Of a DNA stretch of 64,000 nucleotides, positions 24,956-38,500 are shown piece by piece (the stretch's first letter is position 1; every line of letters begins with the position of its first letter). The DNA lies in contig NMRA01000341.1 in the NCBI GenBank assembly GCA_002633005.1, forward strand, positions 2,001 to 66,000. Direction: 5' to 3'. Both the position numbers and the translations under genes were made by a program. The notes beneath the pieces were generated by a model that saw only the letters and a list, made by a program, of their open reading frames with translations, was not told the DNA's origin and did not search any database. This stretch comes from Phoronis australis (taxonomy: Eukaryota; Animalia; Phoronida).

Positions 24956-27072
24956 GAATGGCGACCAAAAAGTGGAGTTTGAATTCTTCACCATAGTCAT
25001 CTTACTTTCCACAGACAGGCTTCATCAAAGATATGTGTATAACCAGAGAGGATCGCTGAAGAAAGCATTAGTAACCAATTTTTAAGCGACAATTGTCTTT
25101 TGACGAGGACCTCCACGGTGGTCACTGTCTAACGAATGTACACGGTGACTGATGTCGGCTCTAATTGCCTGAGACAAAGTCTACAGTAGACACTATTATT
25201 CCGGTTTCTTGTTCCGACGACTTATTTCAAGGTCAAGTTGACTCAACAATTACTACTCTCACTTACCTAATTTATCAAGACGAACAATTTCAAGTGTATC
25301 ACTTGGCAAAAACCTTTCACATGTTGTTGTCAATTACGTTTACCGCGACACCTATAGGCAAGTATCTAAACAGTGACGCCTTGCGGACAGCGGTAAAGCT
25401 GCTGTACGTGAACTTGGAATGGAAATTTATTCCAAGTTCACGCAGGATTCCAAGTTCACGCGCGGCAGAGCAGCCTCGTACCAAGCCTCAAGATGACGCT
25501 GATCGATTTGGGAGAGGGCTGAGAGTTAGCTACACTGAGTAGTTTTCAGTTTCCGGACATTTACGTTATTTGTTTTATATAGGACCTAAACTTTTCATTT
25601 AAGCCAAATGTAACTCACTAAAGTTTTACTAAAATAACGTAACACGATTTTAACATCCAAAAACATCTTGTTTTAAAAATTTCATGGCGTGATAGGTATG
25701 ATAGGTTCTTGAAAGTGCCGGGTTGGACTTTTTCGGCCGAGTCAGTAGAGCAGAAAAACTTTCTGCCTGAGAGGTGAACTGAACTACTCCTGGCATCCAC
25801 CCAGGCCACCACCAGGTCGGCGCTTACAAAGAATGACCAGTGTAGTTGTCGGGTTTGTTGACTAATTTTACCGAGATTTTACTTGTACCTCAAATTGAAG
25901 AGACTGGCCCGTTTCACTCCCACCCTTGGGCCGGGCACATTCCGGCAGGATTTGGAGTGAGGAGCCAGGGGGGACGTGGTTAGAGGTATTAGCAACTAGG
26001 ATTTTGCCCGTCAGATATTTGCACCCCTGAACTGGCCAAATGGAATCTGGGAGAATTTTAGGGGTCGCCATAGACCCCTCCCGGCCCTGATCCCGTAAAC
26101 CCGCCACTACAGCGAACATGAAATAATGTCGTCTCCACTTACGATTATACGGGCCCTGGCACACGTCCTGCGTAAAAACGAAGGTAACAGGTAAAATCAG
26201 ACTTAACAAGTAAAATGAACATAATGGCCAAAATGGCCACAATGGGTCCGAGCTTTTGTGTTAGTATGACAATTAATTCTACTGTATCCGTTCACTGTAA
26301 TCACTGACGTACCGTCTGGGAAGGCTACTTTTAGTCCACATGTTTCATTTTAAACACTCTGGAACGGCTCAATACTGAAAGCCAATATGTTGCACTTAGA
26401 ACAGTCGGAACGGCTAAACCTGACTGTCACTGAGCCACATTTTGTATTTTAACCAATAGGAGACGACTAATGTCACTTAACATTTTGCATATTACTAGAG
26501 ACGCCCTGGAACGGCTACTGCCAGCCAACGTTTTACATTTTATTTTCCAAGATATCCAGCTTCCATCTGGTTCTCTGTACTCGTTTCGTAGAATTGCGTC
26601 AACTTATAAGACCCTGTCACGGTTGTGGGCATCAAAAAGTTTAGGAGAATTTTCGTTTTCAACAGGCGGAAGTGGTAAACGCGTAACTTATTCGAAGTCG
26701 AGATTTTCTCTAGAATCCATAGTCCTTGACCGCAACATCGTTTTTTTTTCAAATTGGGCTGTATTCGTCTGAGTAGGATTTCAAAATAGCTTCACGCGAC
26801 AACATCGAGAGATTCGAAGAACCGTCTTATAGTACGAGTCGAGCGTCAGTTACGTAAGTATTCAATACGTATACCTGTAGTTGAAAGCAATCAAGTAATT
26901 TTTTTACTGAACATTATAGTCAGCAATGTTCAGATTATATGAGACCCTAGAAAAGTATCAAGTTCGGCAAACTTCGATTCATCATATCTGAAAAGTAAAT
27001 TCAATGGCGCTGTCGGCCGAGGTACTAGGCCTATGTTGTTTTATGCACTGGTCTCCAACTTGTATGCGATTG

Positions 27073-27305
27073 CATGCGCGCACCCAGCCTTTAATATGGG
27101 GGGCTCGAATTCCTGACGTTGTGGACCTTTTGGTAACAAAAAAGCGGGCGAAAAAAGGGTGGGCACCACTGTGAATTCCGCGTTTGTGCTTGTTTAGTGT
27201 CTCATTTTCTCGGACTTTTTGTTTCTCGGAGGCGGACCTTTTTGCCCACTTCGCCAAATGGGGGCTCCTTCGAGCCCCCCGAGCTTACCCCTGGGTGCGC
27301 GCATG
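27073..27305. mobile_element. MITE with 15-bp TIR and 5-bp TSD
   Basis: catgcgcgcacccag ... ctgggtgcgcgcatg, flanked by gattg on both sides. Confidence 0.85.
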
Positions 27306-27809
27306 GATTGGCAATCAGTTTAGGAAACAAAACTCAAAAGTTGCATTTATATACTTTTACTAAGATAAATTCCATAGTTTGTTTCCTCAAATGCGCAGAC
27401 TTCCCGATGAGGTCATACATAACCTTATGCTTGTTCTTTATAACCCTGTCTCAGCGCAAGCTGAACACGAGCATTAACTAAAAATCAACAGTTTCACTCA
27501 CTTTACACTGCTGTGTGTTAGAACTGAAATGGATTTTTTCCATAAAACGTGTCGATTGTTTTGGTAAGTACAGGCTTATACTCAACTAGTCGGGATGCAA
27601 TCATAGCCAAGTATTCTTGTCATAATGCGTCAGACACGGTGAACTTAGTGGAAAGATAATTGTAATTAGCGACGCAACCGGAATTACACTTTTTAGAGCT
27701 ATACTTTCACATCCGACCATCTATTTGGCAGTTCGGGAGTGCGAATGACGGGCAAAATCCTAGCTATTACTCTNCCCCCCCCCCTTCACTCAATCCTGGA
27801 TCCCCCCTG

Positions 27810-27978
27810 GTAGTGTAACTGTAGTGTAAATGTTGTGTAACTCTGGTGTAACTGTAGTGTAATGGCAGTGTAACTGTGGTGTAACTGTAGTGTAAATGTA
27901 GTGTAACTGTGGTGTAAGCTATATTGTAAATAATGTAGTGTAACTTTGGTGTAAATACAGGTGTAGTGTAACTGTAAT
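27810..27978. repeat. 11-bp degenerate minisatellite (gtagtgtaact)
   Basis: Directly visible. Confidence 0.85.
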
Positions 27979-29131
27979 GCACGTATCGGTAAATTTTTCA
28001 AATGAATTGGGCAAGATTAAAATGACTATTTGTACCTTTCGTCACAAAATTCCAACTTTTCAACACTTTTCCAGTTTTCATTCATAAATACCCGCTGGCC
28101 CATAGGTTGTGTCAGTCATCTGATCAGTCTACTTCTAGTAACGATCAATAATCATTTTCCTTAACTTTAGCATTCAACTACCATTTATCGTGTTTCAATA
28201 AACATTCGACATGGATCTAACATCCATCAATCGCTTACCGTGACTCACGTCTCGGGTTTCTATCTATCTGAGCTCACACTCATCAAATACTTTAACATCC
28301 AATAGCGGTTAATCATGATTTCACCATCTGGAAGTGTGCTCAGGTGACTGAATAATTTGAATGATTTTTCCGGCTTTTAATCTAGACAAGCATACCTGTT
28401 TTAAGAGGAGCTAAAATCCTTTGCAATTGAACTAATCACGTCACGGAGTAATTCAGCTGACAAATCCTTGCAACAAGTGATACGAGTATAGTTAGGATTC
28501 CTTGAAGTTTTTTGTCTAGACCGATCTGGTAGACGATGAGCCACGTTGATCGCTCGTTTATTTTGTTGACTTTTTGTGCACATGTGGGTTTTAACCGCTG
28601 CCTAAGAAATGTCTGTCAACTGTGGAAATATCAGTGGCACCATCCAGAACCGATTAAGAGACTGAGTGCCGCCATTAGGTTCCGGGCTACTGTATATCCG
28701 GCAATTATAAAGCATTTGAAAAATTAAAGAAACGATAATTTATTTATCATTATGTTATTGTTTCTGCAAACACTGATCAAACAATTTACTAAATAATCGA
28801 GAACAAAGAAGTGCGCACATACCGAACCTCGTCACGTCTCCTTTATAATGACGAGGTTACTGAAAATGTCATCACAGCTGTTTTCATCAATATTAATCTC
28901 TTCTTGGTATTTGCTCGTCTTGTACCCAGCAAGAAACAAGACAATTTACAATGACGTAAATTGAACTGCATTTCCTGCTTTTCATGAGGTAGAATGTCAA
29001 CATGTAATTTTAAGCTTTGACCGAAAAAAGTTAACCACATTCGATGTAGCGATTTAATTAAACCTGTTATTTCTCATTTGCACTGGTGTATAATTCTTGC
29101 ATGTTTTTCCTGATGTCCACGTAGGCTATTT

Positions 29132-30420
29132 ATGTAGTGTACTGTAGTATGCATGTATGAATGTGGTGTACTGAAGTACCTATGACTGTAGTGTACTGTA
29201 GTATGTATGAATGTAGTGTACTGTAGTATGTATGAATGTAGTGTACTATAGTATGTATGAATGTAGTGTACTGTAGTATGTATGAATGTAGTGTACTGTA
29301 GTATGTATGAATGTAGTGTACTGTAGTATGTATGAATGTAGTGTACTGTAGTATGTATGAATGTAGTGTACTATAGTATGTATGAATGTAGTGTACTGTA
29401 GTATGTATGAATGTAGTGTACTGTAGTATGTATGAATGTAGTGTACTGTAGTATGTATGAATGTAGTGTACTGTAGTATGTATGAATGTAGTGTACTATA
29501 GTATGTATGAATGTAGTGTACTGTAGTATGTATGAATGTAGTGTACTGTAGTATGTATGAATGTAGTGTACTGTAGTATGTATGAATGTAGTGTACTGTA
29601 GTATGTATGAATGTAGTGTACTATAGTATGTATGAATGTAGTGTACTGTAGTATGTATGAATGTAGTGTACTGTAGTATGTATGAATGTAGTGTACTGTA
29701 GTATGTATGAATGTAGTGTACTGTAGTATGTATGAATGTAGTGTACTGTAGTATGTATGAATGTAGTGTACTGTAGTATGTATGAATGTAGTGTACTGTA
29801 GTATGTATGAATGTAGTGTACTGTAGTATGTATGAATGTAGTGTACTGTAGTATGTATGAATGTAGTGTACTGTAGTATGTATGAATGTAGTGTACTGTA
29901 GTATGTATGAATGTAGTGTACTGTAGTATGTATGAATGTAGTGTACTGTAGTATGTATGAATGTAGTGTACTATAGTATGTATGAATGTAGTGTACTGTA
30001 GTATGTATGAATGTAGTGTACTGTAGTATGTATGAATGTAGTGTACTATAGTATGTATGAATGTAGTGTACTGTAGTATGCATGAATGTAGTGTACTGTA
30101 GTACGTATGAATGTAGTGTACTGTAGTATGTATGAATGTAATGTACTGTAGTATGAATGAAAGTAGTGTACTGTAGTATGTATGAATCTAGTGTATTGTA
30201 GTATGCATGAATGTAGTGTACCGTTGTTTGTATGACTGTAGTGTAGTGTAGTATGTATGCATGAAGTGTACTGTACTATGTATACATGTAGTGTACCGTA
30301 GTATGTATGTAGTGTACTGTAGTATATATGCATGTAGTGCAGTGTGGTATGTATGCATGAAGTATGCTGTAGTATGCATTTATGTTGTGTGTAGGGTAAT
30401 GTTGTATGCATGCATGTAGT
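29132..30420. repeat. 25-bp tandem repeat (atgtagtgtactgtagtatgtatga), about 50 copies, degenerating at the right end
   Basis: Directly visible. Confidence 0.98.
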
Positions 30421-32466
30421 ACACTCAGCAGTTTTTCCTGACTAGGGGCTTGAAAAACCAAGTCGATTCAGTGTTCCAGAAGGATGTACAAAACCTGAAA
30501 AAAAATTACCAAAATATTTCAAAAAAAATCACAAAATCTATTGAAACTGATTCCAAAGTCAACTTATCTTCCCTCGCTGGTTCCGTGCGTGCTACTAGGT
30601 GGTCGGTAGCCAGCACGCGTGCTGGCTAGGCACGTAGGGAACCCGCGAGCTTATCATCCTTTTACGACTACCGGAAGTGCAGCCGGCTACTTGAACAAAC
30701 GAGCCAAAATACGCCAAATCAGCAGTTTTCACCCCAAAGCCACCATTTGTATGCGTTTACTAACAACTGAGAGACAGTGCACAAAGACTCTCAAAACTCT
30801 CCAGATTCCAGGTTAGTGTCAACTAGCCAGATATTTAAGAAATCCAAAGAGTTTGAAAGGTATTTTTTGCTAGATTTCAATTTCCAGCTTGCAAGCAGTA
30901 AAGGTTTAAGAAAACCAAAAAGTGGCACAAGGGGTAAACAGCTGACAACCTTTTACCCAGAACAGATTAAAAAATCAAGAAAATGCCATTCATAGCCTTC
31001 ACATGTAGCACAGATCTTGAAATTCCCAGCCAACCCAGCAGCTGTCAATTTTTAATGAAATTGTATATCGTGGCACAAGAAAACGGAGTACCATCTTAAT
31101 ATCAGAGGTCTCCAGCCCGTCCCCACCGTCCTGACGTCATAATTATGGTTGAGCTACCTGTGATCAGCCGAATCGGACGCGGTGATCACAGTTAGATTTC
31201 GAAGATAAAAGGACACTTATCAGAGGAAATGAACTTTAGCTGCTGGCAGATAGTTGTGTGAACGAGTATTTACCGGGTGATATTCGTTAGGCATACATGT
31301 AGTTGAAGTAAGCCAACACTAAAAATCGGGCGCAGCTGGCTATTCAGTGGTCATCGCCTCTTTGGATAATTTGTCCGCAACCTCTCCACGTCCGATATCC
31401 GTCATCTGTTGCAACGTTTTAATGCTATTTTCGTTAAAATACATTTCTTAAAATATTAGTGCTGGCGGTATTGCTAATTAATACTTTTTCATATTGCTTG
31501 GATATAAAAAGCTAGAGCTGATCGGAAAAGTTTAACATCTACTGCTGATTTTAAAAACGCAGATGACAGGTTTAAACTCGCACAATTTTATTCGACTTTT
31601 TTAAAACTGATAAATAACTGACGACATTTCTCTGCAGTTACAAAAGGCCACCACCACAGAGTTGAAACGTTATCAGTAGTCTGCTAATCAGACTTCAGAT
31701 GCCATTTAAAGTTGCTTTGATTTCTGTAAAATAGTTCACCGATTTTTAAAAGTGGAAGACAATGTGAAGGATATTTCCGCGAATTTTAGGGTTGAAGTTT
31801 TTATTTAGACCCTTGTTATTTTCCTTTGCTTATGACCAGATAAAATCACAATTAATCAAGCCTCGTCAACTCCAACAATAGATCAGCATTGGGCACATGA
31901 GGAATTGTTATAGACATCAATTTTTGGCCCGGCGCAACTGACACGGAGCGAATTAATCGGTGTCAAGCGTTCGTTTACACACACACTACCCTACCTGTGG
32001 CATGATGGAAATTGTAGACTGGAGAGTGGATCACACATGCGCAGGTTTACAAATGACGCGAACCTGTATTTTGGTCATTACACAAGCGCAGTAGAGATGA
32101 TCCTTTCCGCCTTGCCCCAGTTTCGCGTTTAGACACATAACTGACACGGAGCAAGATGCTCTAGCGCAAACTGCTCTACCTCACAAACGGGTGGTAAAAG
32201 TTGTCACCGCGGTGTCAATTTGCTCCAGTTCATTTCCGTTTACACACATACTTGCGCTGGAACAACTCGTTCCATGTCAGCTTATCCGTGTCAACTTTTG
32301 TAGTGTAAACGGCACTTTAGCGTATGTCGTGGTGACATACCGTTTTCCCTAGGCTGTGTGTGTGTGTGNGCTTGTAAGGAAAAACTGTTAGGTGATGAAT
32401 GAAGATTTGTGTGCCAAAATGTACAATCTAATAGTTTTCGCTCGTGTTTTGTTGCAGTGCAATAAA

Positions 32467-32590
32467 ATGAGTATGCTTTGGTGGCTATCAGCGCCAATCA
32501 TCGGGTTCTTGGCTCTACGTTGGTACATCAGACGCACTAAACAATGTCCTTCGCACATGAGGTTAGACCACCATACTGTTGTTATCACTG
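32467..32590 (+). CDS. RDH-like coding exon 1 (MSMLWWLSAPIIGFLALRWYIRR...TVVIT)
   Basis: ttgcag acceptor ending at 32457, aaaATG, g/gtaagt donor; signal anchor then beta1 strand. Confidence 0.88.
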
Positions 32591-35500
32591 GTAAGTAATG
32601 CATTTGTATTATGAACATGTAATCGTAACAAGTAGATTATTTGTGGAATGCAGTCAAGTGAAACATTTGGCTCTCCTCTGCCTTCCAATAACTGAACGTC
32701 TTCAAAGTTCCAGCCATGCTTGGGTGACGGGGTGAAACTAGAAGTTTGGAATGTGGAAAATCCATTTAAACGACATTTGAACCGACATGTTAGTAAGCCT
32801 ACCGATTTCACCCGAAATGAAACTGATAACTCTCGTGGAGGTACACGGAGAACATACATGTACAATATGATCCTTGAAGTTCTCTGGCGTTTTTAACCCA
32901 GCTTATCGATGCAGTCGGTGATCTTTTCGATCGCCACGGATAGCTAGAATTCAAATCAATTTATTCTGGAACTCAACGGCCATCGGCCCATATGTACAAA
33001 GTATATAAAACATTTTAAATTGTAGAGAGCGAATAATCGTTCTTTCAGAGTACCAAAGGAGTGAAAAGTATAACATGTATTTTGTGGATCTGAATTTTTA
33101 GCCAGTGGCACTTGGACAAACAGCCAAGTCATTGCATGGGAGATACGTACAAAATAGTTCATCTTCGATACGTATTTCGTCAGTGAAAGAGACGAATCTT
33201 CGAGACCAATACAAAGGCGTCTTCCTGGCTCGATGCGCGGGCGACACGTGGCTTAACCAACTTATACAATATACTTGTAAAAAACAACTTTTATCCGGGG
33301 CAATTGACTGAGAGCAATTCTTGGCAATTCAAAATCCAGATAACCTTAATCTTCAGTATCACAACTTGGCTTAAAGGGGTTCGACATAGTTTTAATTTTT
33401 TGCGTTTCTTATTTTTGGTTTTGAATACCCAGTCAAATAGTAGCGTGCTGGCGTCTACATCGACTTGGTTTTTGAGCTATTTTAACTAAAACAGCGACAC
33501 AGAGGAACGAACATTTGACATCAAAAGCGCGTCAGTAAATTTCAATCGATAAGAGAGGACATAAATAGGGTCATTCCAATAAATCCTCAGTGATGTTTTA
33601 AGAAATTGTGCCTTTTGCGTGTCGATTTCACCAAAAATCAATAGGATTCTGCAATAAATACGTCTCTTCATATTCTGACAAAAATCCGTGACTTATCTTC
33701 ACCTTTTACTTGAAAACCAGCTTCCAAAACGAACATTCTTGAAGCGAAGATGCTGGTGAAATCAAAAGGAACACGCCGAATAAATCATCAAATCATAATT
33801 TATTCCTTAAAAGGTTACTAATCCATGTTTTGAGGATTTCAGCCAATCCTCACCGTTCTGTCACTTACTAATGCATAATTGGCGTCAGTCTTCAAAGATA
33901 AAAACAGGACTTTACTAAAAACTTATACTCGCTATGTCACATGGACATGGCTTTTGATGGGTGGTCGATAACCTTTAAAATGCAGTTTAAAATGTGCATT
34001 TTGATCCTAAAATATTAAAAATAATTGTGACATCATTAACACCGAGTTGCATACAAATTTTGGATGCATTTCTATGTTAATTAGACTGTTGGTTTATGTT
34101 TTGATTCTTTCATTGGCATTATCCCCAAAATGAACACATCATTCAAAACAAGCTAAATATGCATAACCATTATTAAATGAACACATCATTCAAAACAAGC
34201 TAAATATGCATAACCATTATTAAATGAACACATCATTCAAAACAAGCTAAATATGCATAACCATTATTAAATGAACACATCATTCAAAGCAAGCTAAATA
34301 TGCATAACCATTATTAAATGAACACATCAATCAAAAAAAGCTAAATATGCGTAACAATTATTAAATGAACACATCATTCAAAACAAGCTAAATATGCATA
34401 ACCATTATTAAATGAACACATCATTGAAAACAAGCTAAATATGCATAACCATTATTAAATGAACACATAATTCAAAACAAGCTAAATATGCACAACCAAA
34501 TCGTCATTCTTAGTCCAACTGACCATACTGAGGTGATTTTGAATGGGCATTTTGCTGCCGCTGCTCTTTACCGTATGGAAACATTACCGCGCTCATCAGA
34601 TCTTGAATTGTGGTCACACGAGTCTGCACCCATTATCAGAATAAGGCAGCTTTAAAATAAAACATCTCGACAGATCTATGTAGTGTACTTTGACGGCTAG
34701 CCTGTGTCAAACAGTGTTTACTTTAAATAATGTATTGCAGTCTTGCATGTAGCTGTTTTACTACCACTATTTTTCAGCTATCTGTTTAAGATTCAGACCA
34801 GTTAACGCAGTCAACTTGTCATTTATTTAGATGATGGCTTCCCTATTTATTGACACCATGGTAACCGCATACAATGACACCACGTGACGAGTCTGGTATC
34901 AATAAATATCAAATTTTCATCTCTTTTGAAGCCCCGAACCACTTCAAATGTGCCTAAGCAACATTTGCAAACCAAATCCAATGCCTTATGGTTTAGAACA
35001 AACACGATTTTTCGAGAGATTCCATAAAGGCATCAAGAACATAAGCACAATAACAAAAAAAAAATCTGTTTCAAGATAAAGTCTCATCACCCGTTTTCCG
35101 TTTCCGATTGGGTCTCCTGCTGATTCAGAGCAAGTTACGCCTACTAAATTAGACATAATAGATTTGATTGTTCTCGTTTGGTGCCTCTTAGCCTAATTAT
35201 CTTCCGTAATTAGTTTATTTTTATACATGCCACGTACAGTATAAGTGGCCACAATACTTCCTGGTATCATGGCCGACGAAAATCACGATAAGTATACACG
35301 TGCCATTGGCGGATTAAGGGGGGAGGCATGGGGGCCATGGCACCACTAAAGTTTTCCCAGATTCCATTTGGCAGTTAGGGGGTGCGAACGTCTGAGGGGC
35401 AAAATCCTGACTAATAGGCCTACTGTGCCCTGGCCCCAGCTAACTCAAAGTCCTGAATCCGCCCCTGCCGTCCCTAGATTGTTTTTCGTTCAGTCGTGAG

Positions 35501-38500
35501 TCCGCCCGTAGTGCGCATCGTCACACTGGATGCCTTTCGGCACATCTGAGTACAGAAGTGCATTATAACCTGCAAGCAGAAAAAACAAGAAAGGCCAATG
35601 ACATTATTAGGTAAAGATGCAAAATATTTATAGTCAAATGAACAGAAAATTTTCTATTTGCAAAAATGACAACTCCGAAAAATACGATTTTTCTCGTAAA
35701 TATTAGTATTACAGGCTGACATGTGCACTATGTAGTTAGTATTTCTCACATGACCTGGAATGCGTTACGACACGATTGGTTGATAACACCGAGTACGTAA
35801 TTTTTATATTACATGGGCGAATCACAAAGTAGTGCAAAGTAGAAAAGCATGCGCCTTACAATCTATCGTCTGCAAAACTCTAATACCAACAACCAAACAC
35901 TCGCCAACCAAATAATACCGGAATTCCGAGGTGGCAAATCGGGTATTGCAAATGTACGTACTCCAGTCACAAACAACATCTTAAAAGGACCCATCTTCGG
36001 CGGCGAATACCGACGTTCATTCAAACGTAGACGAACCCCAACTCATGAATCGCGGTGAGACCAACGAGTGTGTCTTGCCATTCGCCGCAATGGTTATTGG
36101 TCGAAAAACTAGCGCCCCAAACGGCGAATAAGCAACACTAATTGAGCGCGGAGTCCGAACGATGTAAGCATAAATAAATTCATACTTTAACGACGTTCGA
36201 CGCGCAATAAAATTACTGTGTGATTGAAAATGGGTAAAATACGTAAATTAACATCCATCCACTTATGAAAATGTGTGGTTTAATCAATATTAAAGAGTAT
36301 TTGCTTTCATTCTCTTGAAGCTCCCTTCAAAAGTCATCATGGTTTTGTTTCATGTTTTGAGTTCTTAAGGGAGAATGCCACCCGATTTAGTTAGTCTTTT
36401 TGCCGTCTTAATCGGTCTATATCCACATCGCCTCGCATACGGTCGACCTTACCTTGCCAAGACGTGTCGCGAGGAAGGTGAGAAATTTCGCTAGCGACGT
36501 CAGTGGTTCATGTGCAGAGTGAATGCCGCTATGTTGCGGTGCATCGTTCCCGCTTGTCCGAACTAAGAAATTGCGAGGAAAGCAGGTATATCGTTTTTTT
36601 ACTTCCTCGAGAGTCCGAAATGCTTAAGAAGTGGCTCATGGTAGTGAAGAATGAAATGTACGCTGTAAATAGCAAGTATGAGGCCGTGAAACATCTCCGT
36701 GTCTGTGGCCTGCAGACGTCGACAGTGCCTGACTAATGTCGGCTTACCAAATAACTCCATACGTCCCGTTGTCTGAGCTTGTTCACGGCGCCTCTCTAGT
36801 ATTTCTTCATCACTGTATTCCTGTTCGAATTGATAGCCTGTAAAATTTAACGATCCACCTGCGAAGTCGGGACAGATGAGCTCTAGCTCGTCCTAAGTCG
36901 TGATTGCGAGTTGCCATGTTGGCGTTTATTACTGAGCGTTCTGTTTCAAAATGAATTATTCCCGCCCTAACCAATACTTGTATCAAACTGAAAAAGTCTG
37001 CCTCATTAGATGCAGTTTGTAATGCTTTTGGAGTGTTCGTGAATGCAAATGATTTGAGAAGCCAGCAATGAATAAATCACTGCGTTACCGGCTTTAGGTG
37101 CAATGAAACTAATTGACGGGACACCGAGGCCGTGTGAGCTCATGCTAATTTAATGTTTGCTGGCAGAAACTGTTGTGAAACAACTCGATTTCTATCCCAC
37201 GGCCAGGTGTTAGGGGAATCTTTATTTACATTTACATTACTCAAATAATGATTGTCAATGTACAACTTCTGCCCTGACGGTGCTGTGACCAAAGCGGAAC
37301 CTGAATGTGCGCGGCCCCCGACGAGTAAGTAGATTTGAAGTTTCGTGGCTAATTCACCAACATATTCGTGTGCACATTACTTTGGCTCACTATAGTATAG
37401 TATTTTCTTGACAGGAAGTTTAGTTCCCACTGAACTTTGGCTGGTTTATGTTCGTGATGTCTGATCAGTTTCCGAGCCACTGGCTGGGATAACTTACGGG
37501 TCAATCCGGCCGGCCGCTACGGGCCTGACCGGGCTCCTAGCCACTGGCCAGGATAACAAGCGTTTTGTGTTTAGAACTAAAAAAGTCACAAGTCTAAACA
37601 ACACAGATCTAGGTTCTCCTGTCTGTATCTCACGGAAAATACTTCGAAATTATCTCCGAACAGACCCCAAAATCCTGCTACGGACCTTATTGGCCTGCCG
37701 AACTTTGTAGGCTACGATGTGTCCAAATACCAATAAATCCGTAAGAACGAAATAAAACAACACGTTTTTTTAGAACTCGGTGTATTTTTAAGGGTTTTAC
37801 ATCGAAGTTTGATGATTTATTGGTGTTAAACGATGACTTCAAGCGATAAGCTGACACCAGTAACCCGTGTTGTGAACTGCTGAACAGACTGCCTGTGAAA
37901 CCGATGACGTCATTGGATAATTTCAATACCTCCGTCTGCCGTCAGGTGTCAGGTAACGCAACCGTACGTGTCGTTATGGAGTAGAACTACTCGATCTAAA
38001 TTTATACAAATTAGGTTGTTTTTTGGGTGGCATGCTCCTTTAATAAGGGAAATTACCGTTCCATATAACATTTCATCCCTCCATAAATTTCATAATTTTA
38101 GTGATATTGCTCCTGGGGGTTAAGGGGGGTAGTTGCCTCCACTCCAGGTGCCAGCAAAGGGGTACAAGGGGGAGTGCAAACCAGGTAAAAACCAGGTGGG
38201 CTCCAAATGGGTATTGACCCCTTCCCAGGGGGTTGCACAAGAGGAGCGCTAAACAGGTAAAACCAATGGGGTATGCCACATCAGTGTGACCATTGACAAC
38301 ATGTGCTAAGGTGATGATAAGATTTAGCCCACTGTGCATGCCCCCAAAGACATTTTGTAATGACCGGTGGCCATGCCCTGTCGTTATGTCAGGGCATCCT
38401 GGGTATTTTCTAACTTTTCAATATAAGTGTCGATCCAGGGATTATTTTTAGGGCCGCGCCCCGCATCATAAACGTATAAAAGCTTCCACTGATGCACTTA

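Noticed and set aside
29496-30461. 195-aa and neighbouring Tyr/His/Thr-rich ORFs
   Set aside because: Translation of the 25-bp satellite
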